From Raja brachyura (lineage: Eukaryota), in assembly GCA_963514005.1 (NCBI GenBank), contig OY740814.1:2666001-2730000 (forward strand): 64,000 nucleotides of DNA, in the 5' to 3' direction. This document shows, piece after piece, positions 50,801 to 64,000 of this stretch. Below the pieces are notes generated by a model that did not search any database, was not told the origin of the DNA, and worked only from the letters and a program-made list of their open reading frames with translations. How positions within the stretch are numbered: the stretch's first letter is position 1; each line of letters starts with the position of its first letter. Made by a program: the position numbers and the translations under genes.

Positions 50801-52587
50801 TCGCCTGCATTTTCAATATTTATGCAATTTTTTAGCAACTATTATCTGAGAAAATTGCCCTTTTGTTTACAATCTTAATTCCATGGCATATTTAAATAGA
50901 GATTGAAGGTAAATTGGCTATTCAACTGAAAGAGCATCGTAAATAAATCTGATTCTGTGTTTGTTTTTAAACTTCTATTTTGTTTAGTAAATCAGTTATT
51001 ACAGATCAAAAGATCAAATGGCAGTAATCCAGGCTTTGTTTTTCATTTTCTAGTACACAAATTCTGAGGTGAATTTTAATTGTTGCTGTATAAACTGTAA
51101 CTTTTCTGGCTCAATATTTATGTTGTGTAATAAAATTACTCTGAGCGTCAGTGAAGACTTGTTACACTATTCGCTGTTGGTTGTTGGGCAAAGTTGTATG
51201 TAGAGAAACATTTGGAATTTCAGCTTTTTCGTCATATGCTATTTGACTTGAAATGGGTCTAATTGTGCATTATGCCGGATTTCACTCAGAAATACAGTCT
51301 GCTTTTAGCCCTAAAAAAGATTTGCTTGATGTTTGCTCGTGAATTTTGCCTCAGTAAACTGGAAACAGTTCTTCAGATTAGCTTTCACTGTAATCAATCA
51401 TAGCTATACACATGGGAAGTTCAGAATATTGGGTACTCGTAACAAGTGGCACGTGCAAAGAATCTAAGAGAGTTCATATTGAAATATTTAGTTTGGATGT
51501 GTTTTGCAGCTAAGGGCTCAAATTTTATTTTTCAGATTTCCGTTGTGGTGATCTTTAAATAGAGGAGACAAAAATTAATTCTACGTTTTGTGGTGGTGAA
51601 GTTACCCAATGGACTTTAAGATTACAGAAAAATATTTTCGTTTATTAATGAATTTTAGTTTTCCTTGCATTGGTCTGGGAGAGAAATACATACTGTCCAT
51701 TGAATAAGTAATCTGTTCTGCACAGTAAAAATGAAATTTAGAATAGGAATTTAATATTTTTCTAACAAAACATCTCAAGCATTTCACAGGAATAAGCATT
51801 TATTTTGGAAGTCGGTAAGACATAGGGCATCCAGATTGCTATGAGATTAATGAAAGTTAAATCTTTTTATGATGTGTATTGAGATAGGAATGTTGAACAT
51901 GAATTTAACAGGCAGGTAGAACCTTGATTTAATAATTCATCCATAAACCCAGAACCATTGAAGTATGTTTTCTAGTACATACGTACAGAAAGCATTACAT
52001 AAATGCCACTATGACCCATCTATTTCAGTCTTGCTTTAGACATTATCCATGGCTGTGTGTAATTCTGATAGCATTTTGAAGGTGAAACATTATAATTGTT
52101 GAGCTTCACACTCGTTGATTACGGTTTTATTAATCTTGTGTGAGACAACAGTGAATTGAGCAATTTTTGTAATATTTTAAAACATGGCGTAAATTCATTT
52201 ATTTTAGTAGTTTAATATATTATGGGGAAACGAAATAGAGGAGACAAAATCATTTTCTAAATGATTTGTTTTGAGAATTATACAAGGAATTGACAATGTT
52301 TCCAAATAATTCCTCACAATAGTTACGTATCCAAAGTTAAAATAAAACTAGGATTGTAAACAATTATAATTAGTTTTGAAACAATGATTAGTAAAGCTAC
52401 GTCGATTAGCTGTAAATACAGTTATTGTCAGCAAATTCTACACTTGTAAATTAAAAATGTATTCAAACCTACTAAGATAAATTTAACCTATCATTTTGGG
52501 GAAAGTTGACCGAAGGTTCTCCTTTCATGTTGTACAACTCATTAAAAACTTGGATTCTTTAAAACTAAAAGTTACTTTCTTTCCTAG

Positions 52588-52635
52588 GCTTCCTTACCAA
52601 ATCAACCTGTCATCTGCTTTCAAGGAAAACAGGGA
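52588..52635 (+). CDS. ELL: ELL-family coding exon 2 (ASLPNQPVICFQGKQG)
   Basis: 48-nt phase 0/0 exon with acceptor ttactttctttcctag| and donor GGA|gtaagt. Resembles ELL 'DSVSLRPSIRFQGSQG' and ELL2 'NLIPFRPSIQFQGLHG'. Confidence 0.9.
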
Positions 52636-53607
52636 GTAAGTACCATCTTTAAGTATTTTCTTCAGTTAACTCTTCAGCTTTTTAAATGTGCTAATTTTGG
52701 TGAATTTTCTGATGGGAAAGCTGCACATTTAATTATGTTTGTACATAATATCAGCATGATATAATGTCAGACCTATCATGACGGGCATCCCAAACCATCA
52801 ACACGGAATTAATCACTTTGAATTATGTGTTTTTAAAATAGGCAAATTCAGCAGCCAGTTTGCACCACAAATATTTTGCAAATGGATAACCAGATAATTT
52901 GCGTTTGATGAAGTTGGCTGAGCTGCACAGGGCATTGGAGAACTTCTCCAAATCATATTTTCATTTCAGTGCCCTGTGATTTTAAATATAATTCTGAATT
53001 AAAAAAGCAGCTGAGATTTTGATTTGTTGATTTTGATGCCAATGGTATTCATCTAGTCATTGCTGTACTTGAAACAGGTTCTGAGAGGAGGTATAAACAA
53101 GTTATGTAGTGCACAGGAAAGTAGAGATATCAGCATTTGGAATAAAGTGAATTCAGAGGAGAAAATAAAAATTCCTATTGGTGAAATTCAACCTGAATCG
53201 ATGTATGTTGAACACTTCATTTCTTTTACCTCACCGCATTATGCAAAATTGTCATTGCGGCTGATAGACTTGTGGCAGAATAGTCCCTGTCCTGTTAGAT
53301 GAACCACAGAGCAGAAAAATATGTGTAGAAATATATTTGAGAAATTACTCTTAGTAGGAATATAATTCATTTATACTAGCACATTGCATTTGGTCAGTTT
53401 ACCAAGTTAGATATTAACTTTATTTAAATTTATGATTATAGTCAAAGAATATTCAATATGTAAACCATCAAAATAACTAGTTAACCTGTACCTGAACTCC
53501 ATCTATCTGTCTTTCTTCTTTAACTAACAACAAATATCAACCGGAGGGTACACAAAAGGCTGGAGAAACTCAGCGGGTGTAGCAGCATCTAAGGTGCGAA
53601 GGAGATA

Positions 53608-53640
53608 GGCGACGTTTCGGGTCGAGACCCTTCTTCAGCC
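53608..53640 (-). ncRNA. Minimal hammerhead ribozyme core in Penelope pLTR (ELL intron 2, antisense)
   Basis: The minus strand reads ggCTGAAGAagggtctcgacccGAAAcgTCgcc. Confidence 0.65.
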
Positions 53641-56336
53641 GGAGTTTAGAAATCTTTAATTGATTGTGCCTTGAGTGTTTTTTTTGTTTGCTTGTGTGTG
53701 CTTGTGAGTTGAGAGGAAACCATTTGAAATTTCTGTTTACCATTTGCCTCCAGAATGAGCCTAAACTAAATGTAGGCATTGCATCTTGATCTAGAGTTTT
53801 TCACCAGCTGTAGCTCTGGAGCCAAGTGTCAGAAGATATTCTGTCAATTGAAATGCAAAGCTTTAATGTCTACATTGTATCTCCAACCTTCTAATCAGTT
53901 TTGCACATATATTAGTAGTTTGCCTCATTTCCCTTTGTCATTATTGCACTTTCATGTCGGTCACTGATGGGATGTTATCATGACTAAAACTAACAAACAA
54001 TTTGGAGCATTGTGGAGGAAAGTTTTCCTGGGAGTGTTCATTGTTTGTACTCGTACAAATAAGCCTTCACACACAATGCTTGACTGGGACACAAAGTTCT
54101 GGAGTAACTCAGCGGGTCAGGCAGCATCGCTAGAGAACATGGATAGGTGACGTTGTACAAAGTGCTGGAGTAACTCGGTGGGTCAGGCAGCATCTCTGGA
54201 GCACATGGATGGGTGACGTTTCACTAAGTGCTGGAGTAACTCCGCGGGTAAGGCAGCATCTCTGGAGCACATGGGTAGGTGACGTTTCAGGTCAACATCC
54301 GTCGAACTGGCGAGGACTCCTTGCCATAGAAAAAGGCTGAAGTCTGAAGTAGGGTCTCGACCTGAAATGTCACCTATCCATGTTATCCGGTGATGCTGCC
54401 TGACGTGCTGAGTTACTCCAGCACTTTGTGTCCTTTTGTGTATTAACCAGCATCTGCAGTTTTTTGTTTCTATATTGCTGAACTGGGACCAATCTCCGAT
54501 GAGCCACTTCTTTCTGATGAAAAGTCATTAACCTGAAGTGATAGCTCTGTTTCTCTCAATTGATGCTGTTTGACTTGCTCAGTGATTCTTGGAATTTTTA
54601 TTGGTATCCCTTTTTCCTCAGCATTGCTGACCCGAATCCTATATTGGATCCTGACCCAGGTGATAAGCATAGATTTGCTGCTCTTATTCTTCTCTATTAC
54701 TCCACCACCAGGTCCGTGCTGATCCTTCATTTACAAGTTACAATCTTATTTTCAGATCCACACCTAAACTCAACTGACACCACAATGACTCCCTCCTGGA
54801 TCTGGCTTGTAAAATTCCTTTCACAATCATTCCCTCCCTCAGTCACTTAATCTGTTGAGCAAAACATCCCATGGCACCAATTGGACCGCTGGTCATTGGC
54901 CCTCGGCCCTCACTCCCTCCCTTTCCACCCTGGGTCACACTAGGTCCTTCGAGACTGGTTTGCACACTTTGAACAATAGCAAATATGACATTCCTTTTAA
55001 ATACCGATGATGCCTTGGGCCATACAGAAGCTTACGATGGCTGATTTATGATGGAAATAACTATTGGCTAGAAACACTCATACCATTGTTGGCTACAATG
55101 GTAGGCAAATCTTGATATCAACCTCCCAGGCTAACTTAAATATTTTGGGGTGACTTCAGGTGAGATTACCACCTGGTGTTGTGCATTGAAAATGAAATAA
55201 ATCACTGCAGCAGACATCTGCAGTTACTGAGGAAGAGTCCAACAATTTTAAATTGTTCGCCATCAGATGAAAATGATGAAACTATTATGCTCTTTGGATC
55301 ATTTAACCTCATCCTTCTACCCCAATATCTTAAAGCATTGTGCTCCAGAATTGCTTTAAATTCAGAGGCCAGGATCATTGTAATACAGATGAAATATTAA
55401 ATGCTGCACTTCTGCATTTTCACAGCAGTTTTGTTAAACCTGTAGCCCTTATTTGAGTAGATTTATGAAATAGCCACTGTAATGGAAGTAACTAAGCTGG
55501 CAGCCAGCTTTCTACCTGAATTCTTACTGGCACTTGCCCAGGTTCTTATTCAACATAATTACTCATGGAACGTAACCCTGCTACACCCTGTTAACCAATC
55601 CTTAACAATCTAGACACATTGAAAACTCCATTTTTAATTTTCAAACATATATTTGGAAGCCAATATCGCCCCGACAACGGAAGTCTCGAGGCCCCCGACT
55701 GCGGGAGAACAAAAAGGGGTATAGATTGAACTTTTTTTTCCACCTTCCATCACAGTGAGGAATGTGGAGGAGTCACTGTGGTGGATGTTTGTTAAAATGT
55801 ATTTTGTGTGTTTTGTTGCTTTTTATTGGTATGACTGTATGACAAATCGAATTCCTTGTATGCTGCAAAACATACTTGGCTAACAAAGTATGATTTTGGG
55901 GGTTATTTGCTTTTTTTGTGGTGACCAACATTCAATTGGCTATGTTAAGAGTTTTCATCATGTGAGAAAACTTGAATACACTTTCCCACCCTTGCAACGA
56001 TTTGAAGACGTTGTCTATGTGTTAGAAAGCGTGCAGAGGAAACATACATGGATGTTGCCAGGAGTTGTGGGTCTGAGCTAAATGGTGAGATTGAGTAGGC
56101 TGGTAGTATGTAGTTGCAAAATGCAGAGCTGAAAGACCTGCCAGACAGGTCTGTCTGGGCATGTCCTTCACTCCCAGAGGGGACAAATGAGGAGAAAAAA
56201 CAAACAACATGACTCTGGCAGATTAACATCTTTACAGAGGGTTATCCAAAACATGCAAGACTGAAAGTATGGATCGTAGTGGTGACCAGAACGGAAGAGA
56301 GACATAAACATGATGGTTACAAGAGTTTGGATGTAA

Positions 56337-56839
56337 AGGGCCTGTCCCACCAGCATGCGACTGCATGCGGCGAGCGAGACCAAACGTGGTGGCTTGAGGC
56401 GTACGGCCTCGCGGGGCCGGTCCCACTTCCAACCGCGGAGCCGTATGGAGCTGGTCCCGACATCATACTCACCAATCAGCTGGGCAGGACGCGGGCTGAA
56501 TTTGGATGTCGGGCGATGACGTCATCACGCAACGGCACGTCGGGCGGTGATGTCATCGCGCAACGCCACGCGTTAGGCGTACGCCGTCAAGACGCCGCGT
56601 AAGGCGTCAAGATGCTGCGTGCGGCCTCAATGCGGCTGCGGGCCGACAGGCCGTTGCCGGGCAGGATTTTTGTACAATGTCAGTTTTTCGGAGCCCTGCG
56701 CGATGTCGGGACCAGCCCCGCGCAACTCCATACAGCTCCGGCGATTGAGGTGGGACCAGCCCCGCGAGGTCGTACAGCTCAAGCGACCACGTTAGGTCGT
56801 GCTCGCTGCATGCAGTTGCATGCTGGTGGGACAGGCCCT
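56337..56839. mobile_element. Non-autonomous PIF/Harbinger-type DNA transposon (MITE)
   Basis: TIR AGGGCCTGTCCCACCAGCATGC...GCATGCTGGTGGGACAGGCCCT with long imperfect arms. TAA target duplication at 56334-56336 and 56840-56842. Confidence 0.85.
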
Positions 56840-58222
56840 TAAGGCTGAAGGATGCATCAAATTTAAGAAGAGTTCAGAATTGTGGGAAAACATTGACTCA
56901 AGATCTTTAACAACTTTTAAGGTAGTGCATTGATTGTGCTGAATGTGATTGGTTATGATTAATGTCTTACATTTTCAACTTATGAAGAGGCAATGGAAGC
57001 CTAATTAAATTACATTGTGAAAAAAATACTAGAACCATAATGTGAGCAAGTTACTTATTGACCTTTTATTACGTATAACCAAGTTCCTGACATCCAGTCT
57101 GTCAAAAGTCAAGTCTGTAGGAGGAACTGCAGATGCTGGTTTACACCGATGAGAGACAAAAAGCTGGAGTAACTCAGCTGGGCAGACAGCATTTCTGGAT
57201 AGAAGGAATTGGTGACGTTTCGGTTTGACCCTTCTCTTGACCCGAAACGTCAACTATTCCTTTTCTGACTCAAGATCTTTGTCTGGCCTGTGTAGACAAA
57301 ATGTTTAAGAAAGACTGTATGTCTGTTGCAATTGATTCTGCAAATCTGGTATATGTTAACTCATTTCTTATTAGTTAATAATAAATTCACTTTTGGGAAT
57401 GTAAATAATTTCTGTTTTCATAACATACTGCCACATTTTAGAGTTTAAGTACTGGTAGTTCACACAGAATTCACCTAATTCTTCAAAAAATGAATGAATT
57501 TGACAGTAATATATTGCTGGCAAATGTTCATTCATTGAATTTCATAACAGACCATTAATAGCAGAGACTAATTAACTTGACACAGGATACACTAAGGCAG
57601 TTGTCATTAATTCTCTCACCTTGCATCTTTTTACATTTTCCCACTTGCAAGGGTAGCCTGTTGGTTCATATTTATGGAAGGGGAATGCCTGGAAGTTTAT
57701 AAAAGCTTATTAAATAATCTTATTATAAAAGTTTAAAGTTTACAAAGGGATGGATTGTGCCAGTACTGGTTCTGTGTTTGGAATTGATGGCAGTATTCAG
57801 CAGAGCCTGCCTGAAGCAACTGTAGTGAGTTTGCCTTATTGATCCTCTGCACCCATTAGTTGTGCAACTGTGCCTCAAGCACTTTAGTGCGCATGCCTCA
57901 CGTTTATGTTACTACTTTAAATAAGCTCAAAGTGTAATTGTCTGTTAAATTATATACTGTTTAATGAGGTGGTATAGATATGTTATTACAACATAAAATA
58001 AGATTTATTCTGGGTGTAGTCTTTCATTGCTGTACACATGTCTTAGGCAGATATCACAGAAAATGTATATTCTCTGACAAAATCAGTAAAGAATTACATT
58101 TACAGAAAATCTTGATCTGTAATATTGTTCATGTATGCTGTAGACCTTTAGAAAATCTTTGCCTTGCACCTGGGAGGAATTTAATAATTAGTGAAGCTCT
58201 GGTATATTGCTGAAGGCACTAA

Positions 58223-58451
58223 AGGGCCTGTCCAACTTGGGCGTCATTTGCGCGTCATGCAGATGGCGCGCAAAGATTTTGTACATCCCAAAATCGTGGG
58301 GCACCACGCGTCACTGCCTACGTCACCTCGCACCATGCGTGCGTAATGCGCACCATGCGAGCATCATGTGCTCGTCACGATGCGCGTGTCGTGTGTCGTG
58401 TGTCGTGATGCCTAAATGACGCTCAAATGACGCCCAAGTGGGACAGGCCCT
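58223..58451. mobile_element. Non-autonomous PIF/Harbinger-type MITE
   Basis: 28-bp TIR AGGGCCTGTCC(A/C)ACTTGGGCGTCATTTG with one mismatch. TAA TSD at 58220-58222 and 58452-58454. Confidence 0.85.
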
Positions 58452-61400
58452 TAAGTGTACTTTTGATTATCCAAACTCAGAGTGTGTAAAAGCATTCATG
58501 AAACATTGATCATGTTGGATTTTAACTTGCTTGGCATAACCCAACTTGCTTGGCATACTAACTTTGTGTATGTTTGTCAACCTTTGTACTTGTGTTATGT
58601 AATGTATGTTACTTTTCACCCCTGCATGCATGGCATGTTTTGCAATTTGAACAGTTAAATCATTGGCACACGATGACCTGATGAGTTGGAGCTGGAATAA
58701 ATATTTTGTTCTGTGACTTAATTCAAAACTTAGATCTACCTACAAGTTTGAAGAGATCTTGAGTGTAAGAAGACATATGAAACTGCCTATGTGCAAAAAT
58801 AGGAGAGCTGCTGGAGAAATTCAGCAGGTCAGGCAGCATCAGTGGACTGGTCCAGATGAAGGGTCCCGATCCGATTGACTATCAATTTATTTCCACAGAT
58901 TCTGCCTGACCTGCTGAGTTCTTCCAACGGATCACTATTTTTGCTCCAGAATCCAGTACCTGTAGTCTTCTGTGTTCCTGTCTGCTGCCCTCAGTGGAAC
59001 AATAGTCAATTTGAAATATGTATTTTACTTCTCCATTCCAGGTACAGCATTGTTACTATTAATGTTACTCATTGTTGCCATTTGATAATGTTACAGCACT
59101 AGGCCATTTAAAACAGATTCACCCTACCTAACCTAATGTCACATCTTTACATCTTATGAATAATGTTATAATCAAAATGTTTTCTGTACTGTCTCATTAA
59201 ATATTTCCAAGATCGGTTAGTTGAAAAATAAAGCACTTTTTTCATTATTGTTTCAAATGCATTATAGAATAAATTCAAGACAGAGTAAAGTGCTTTCTAT
59301 GTTGTTTCATCAAACATTGTCAGTGCAGGTAATGTAAAGTTAGACATTGATTACAACTTCCCATACACTGCTTCATGACACAATCCCAGTTTTCACTTGT
59401 CTTGTGTTTCATTTAATTTTCTACTCTACCTCTGGCCATCCTTTCACTCCTACCCCAAGCAGCCTCTCTGTCTTTCCTCTGTTCTTCCCACTCCACCCCC
59501 GATCCCCCCCTTCACTCCCATCCTCACCTCAGTTTCTATGCTCGCGTATAATGCCATTTACAGTAAGTAATACTAAGACACAGGACCATACAGTACTAGG
59601 TCCATTTGATACAGAATGTAGTTACCTCCGTGAAGTAAAGTAATCCTAACCCCAAAATGCCATCCATACAAATACAGCTAGAATTCAGTTTAAAAATAAA
59701 GAAAATATCTGTTTACATGCTCCAATTGAAATCTGGTCATCTGTACAGACAAAGCATCAGATGAAAAGTCACATTGTAAATCTCAATTTCTCAGTAGCTG
59801 TATCTCTCTCTGGAACTCTTATCATGAATGAGTGGGGTAATGGGATTGCTCTACCAAGAGCTAGCATAGATTGTGTGGACCAAATAGCTGCCACTTTTGC
59901 TTTAATAATTCTGTTATATTCTCTTTTTGAATAGAGGGATCAGTCGACAGCAACTTACAATTATTATATTTTCAGTGGTATACCTTTGCTATTAGTTACC
60001 ATAATTGACTTTTCTGTAACATTTTGTGCAAATCAAGTAACTTCTTAAAACTAACAGGTATGCCAAAAATAGGTTGCTGACTATGAAATAAACAGGCAGG
60101 TTTCCAACTATAAAACTTAGCTGCAAATTGTGTGCGACTTGCTTCTAGTTCCATAAACATCTCGCACATTTGAACATAATGGCATAAAAGGGCAGAATTT
60201 TTACTAGTGTTTTAAATATCTGAAAAGTATGCAATAGAAGTAGAAGCTTAAATACCATGAACCTTGTAAAGCATATTTCAAATTCCCACATATTTGTGAG
60301 ATAATGGCATTTGGAATAAAATGTGCTCATAGACAATTACTGTTCCTGGACCAGCTTTTTCACATAACACACCATTATTGTATTTTTAAAGAAATAGCTT
60401 AGCATAATCATTTCACTCAGGCCTTGTCTACCAAACAATTTTTAGGGTATTTACTGAATGGCTAGTTTGTAAACATTTCTTATTTTTCATATTTTTATGA
60501 TTTTTTAAAACTGATTTAATTTCAAAATATGAAGTAATTATTTAATTAATCCAATTTCTGAGATGAACCGAGTTCCAGTTGAACTGTGGTCTGCGAATAT
60601 GTTTGTAGTGACATTCATAACAAGTGCAGTTGCTGAACAGGGTCAAGTGCTGAACTGCAGTACTAGCAAGGATGTCCTCATTCACACAAACCAAAGAGAA
60701 TCAGAGACACTTTGCATGGCAATCATAATTATTTATTAATTTTACAATGAAATAATGTTTTCTGAAATTAATCAATAAATTAAATGTGATTTCATGTAAG
60801 ATGTCTTGCAAACAATTTATCTTGGAAATGTTGATATCGGCTGAAGGAGTTTCTGTAAAGCCTGGAATTTGAGCAATTCCTGAAATTTCCGTTAATTTCA
60901 TAAAAACGACCATGTTCATTGTTATGTTAACACCACCACAATATGTGGGCTTGTCATCTGACATAAGAACTAGATCTTCAATTTTTTTATTCATTAATTT
61001 ATGATTCATTTAGGTTTGTGAAAAAACATTGTTTTTGTGTTTGAGTCCTTATTTGGTGGAGTAACTCAGCGAGATAGTAGCATCTCTGGCGAGCAGGAAT
61101 GGGTGACATTTAGGGTCAAGACCAGTCTTCAGATTGAGACAGTCTCTCCTTTTCTCCAGAGATGCTGCCTGGTCGGCTGAGTTACTCCAGCATTTTATAC
61201 ATATCTTCACCATTTTTTGTATGTAAGATTGGAAAATCAGTGGTATTTCACACAGAACATTTGGAAGATCCTAGTAACTCATTTGACAGTTAGCCTCTCC
61301 CCATACCAACTGTGCCTTCTTCACATGTACAAGGTGAAGCTGAAATATAGAAATGCCACCACCCTTTCTACAGCACCCTGAATTGAATGGTTGTGGTTTC

Positions 61401-62404
61401 GTCAGAACTGGCGCAGAATATCTCGTTAGTCAGCACTTCACAACAAGGACTGTGGTTATTTAAGGTGGGGCTTCACCACGATTCTTTCAAAAACAAGGAG
61501 GAATTGGCAGTAAACACTGGATTTGCCTGCGATGCCCTCATCCTATGTGTGATTTTTTTGTTGTAAAAATCATGGATCTTATTCTCACCTGGCACCTGTA
61601 CAAACAGATCATTGACGAGAGCTCAGCTGAGGGAACCATGGGTTAATTTAAGAAACCTATATTTATACTGTTTTGTTTCTCTATCCAGGACCCTGAAGAA
61701 AATAATAGGGCCCCTGCTGCCGTTCAAGCTGGGATCAGGCTTGGCACACGTTAGGAACCTGGGATTTACTTGATCTTGAGACTCAGCTGCTCACCAATTT
61801 AATCAGCCGGGCCTTTTGTGCAATAACTTAATTTTAATAAGAGGCTCAGTAAAGGATGAGCACACTTTACAAAGCACAAAAGTTTAACAAAATAAAATAT
61901 CTCAGTAAAATATTAATTGTTGCCATCTAACTTCTGGCATGGTATCTACACTTTTAATTGATTAGTTATAAATGCCTCTTTGATGGAATGATGTTTTGTT
62001 TAATTTGTTTGACAAGAAAAGCCCATGGGTGTGCTTTCAGTTGCTATTTAAAGAAGAAATCTGGCTAGGGAATTGTGCTGATAACAAAAACTATTCATGC
62101 AAGCCAGTCGCCGGGAGGAGTGGCATTATACCTGACATGCAGAAACAGAATAGAGCATAAACTTGTAACAACAAGAATGAGGCTACTCGAGCATTTATTT
62201 TTCAGAAAAACAATTGCAAAGTTTCTTACAACATTGCTGCTTAAAATTTTCATTTGCAGTTGAAAAAATACTTCACATCTTATTTTTGATGGTCCTTGCA
62301 TTGTTTAAAATACTCTGGATTATATTTTAATGCTTTGGGTTTTTATAGATCCTGTTCTTTAGAATGGTGTGACACAGATAAGCTTACAAATGAACACAGG
62401 GATG

Positions 62405-62830
62405 GCTTATTTTAGTTATGGGGAGAAACTTAGTAGGTTGGGCTTGTTTCCTTTGAATTAGAGGAGGCTGAGAGAGGATCTGATCTGAGATATACAAAAC
62501 ATGAGAGTAAGGGTAGATGATGAGAAACATTTCCTTGTGGCAGAAGTGCTTAAGACACTAGGTTGTAGGTTTAAAGTGAAATATATAGTTATAAAGGGAA
62601 TCTGAGGAGGATTATTTTTCCCTCGGAGGGTGTTATAATTTGGATTGTACTGCCTGGGAGGTGGTAGAGACAGGTACGCTCACATTTCAGAAACGTCTGA
62701 ATGAACACTTGAATTACCAAGGCATTGTAGGCTACAGACCAAATGCTAGTAAATGGGATTAGTGTTGTTGAGACTTGATGGGCATGATATACTGAAGGGC
62801 TTGTTTCTGACCTGTATGGCTCTATACAGG
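62405..62830 (+). mobile_element. Old CR1 LINE 3' fragment
   Basis: Decayed 'aggaggctgagagaggatctgat...' and tail 'gaagggcttgtttctgacctgtatggctctat'. Confidence 0.7.
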
Positions 62831-64000
62831 GAATTAGCAGAATATAACAGCTCTCTAAATATGAGAAAATATTCTTGTTCGTTCTTCTCTGGATAAAGGA
62901 AAAACAAGTAGCTTGAGGTAATGAAAATCATGGTGGGCAGAGATCGCCTGACATTACTATATGTGTGATATCAAATGCAATATCTCCACAGAATTTATGA
63001 GATCATGAATACAAAGGACAATATTGAAACCTTGCCATGAGTATCAGAATTCATATCTAATTGTTTTTGTTCTGCAAATTGTCCATTGTATGGGAAGACA
63101 GGAAATAGACCTTATGAGAACGCTAAGTTTAGATAGAATTCCAAGAAGAGGAAACTCCATTATGTGTGGAACTAAACACGATTGCCACGTTTGAATGTGG
63201 AAGGGTGTCTTATCTGATTATGATCCTGGTCTCGGCTGAAGTGCACAGAATTAAAAAAAAATCAGGAATTATTACAGATTATGAACTTTTAAAACATACT
63301 TATAACAAACTGAACTATCTTAATTAACTTTTTCTCTCATTTACCTTGTACTATTGACAGTCTTGCAGGTTGGAAGTTGACATATCTTGTATTAAGAAGT
63401 GTTAGGTCTTTACGTACATGTTTTCAATTGTTAATTTATATTTTAGATATTTTAATGATGGATTTGATTCATTTTTTTTAGCCTTTGAATGTTTATAAAT
63501 GTTGGTACCATTCAGTGCACTTGACAGCTGACTTTAGTTGGTTTTAGTTTTTCCTCACATGTTTGTGGTAAAGCTAGTTCTAGCCCAATCGTTTTTTTTT
63601 GTCCAGTAAGGCTATTTGGAGCAGCTTTTGGCAACAAGTTGACATCAACTGATCCAGAAACGACAATGTCATACCTCAGTAGATGGGCATAGAATGAAGC
63701 CAACTCATCATCAGCAGCAAGCCCTGGCTATTTATTGCTTAAATGCTTTCTTTGCATTCAAATGCTTTAGTAGACATCCTATCTCAATGACTTATCCAGC
63801 ACCGTATTCTAGTGGACAAATTACAGCACCTATAGTCGTATATGGATATGATCTAATTGCCATTATTGAAATATGGCAGCTGAATGACCAGAATGAAAAA
63901 CAAAATATTCTAGAATATTTATCACTTTGGAAAGACGTGAAAAGGAAAAGCAAACATCGTCAATGAGGATTGACATAGAACAGGTGGTTTAGGAATAAGA

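Overview
Eukaryotic (vertebrate) genomic DNA, most likely a cartilaginous fish such as a skate or ray, inferred from the repeat content: HE1-type V-SINEs, CR1/HER1 LINEs, Penelope pseudo-LTRs and SacSINE1-like DeuSINEs. Two partial spliced genes lie divergently. (1) On the minus strand is an FKBP8-like/fkbp16-like immunophilin with coding exons at 11396-11861 and 8373-8542, joined through a GC-AG intron; its remaining exons were not found and probably lie left of the window. (2) On the plus strand is an ELL-family RNA polymerase II elongation factor with coding exon 1 at 45768-45911 in a CpG island and exon 2 at 52588-52635. The ELL first exon is sandwiched between a 33-bp minisatellite upstream and a ~1.8-kb C-rich minisatellite downstream. 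The first 45 kb are dense in retroposons, while the ELL introns are AT-rich, have no recognisable HE1 SINE and carry Harbinger-type MITEs. The most notable signals are minimal hammerhead ribozyme cores in the abundant Penelope pLTR repeat, 66-bp tandem arrays derived from it, and a stop-then-+1-frame junction at the 5' end of the FKBP exon. Nearly all ORFs in the supplied track are repeat-derived or chance ORFs. Repeat family names come from recalled consensus features rather than a database search, and repeat boundaries are approximate unless TSDs or TIRs are given.
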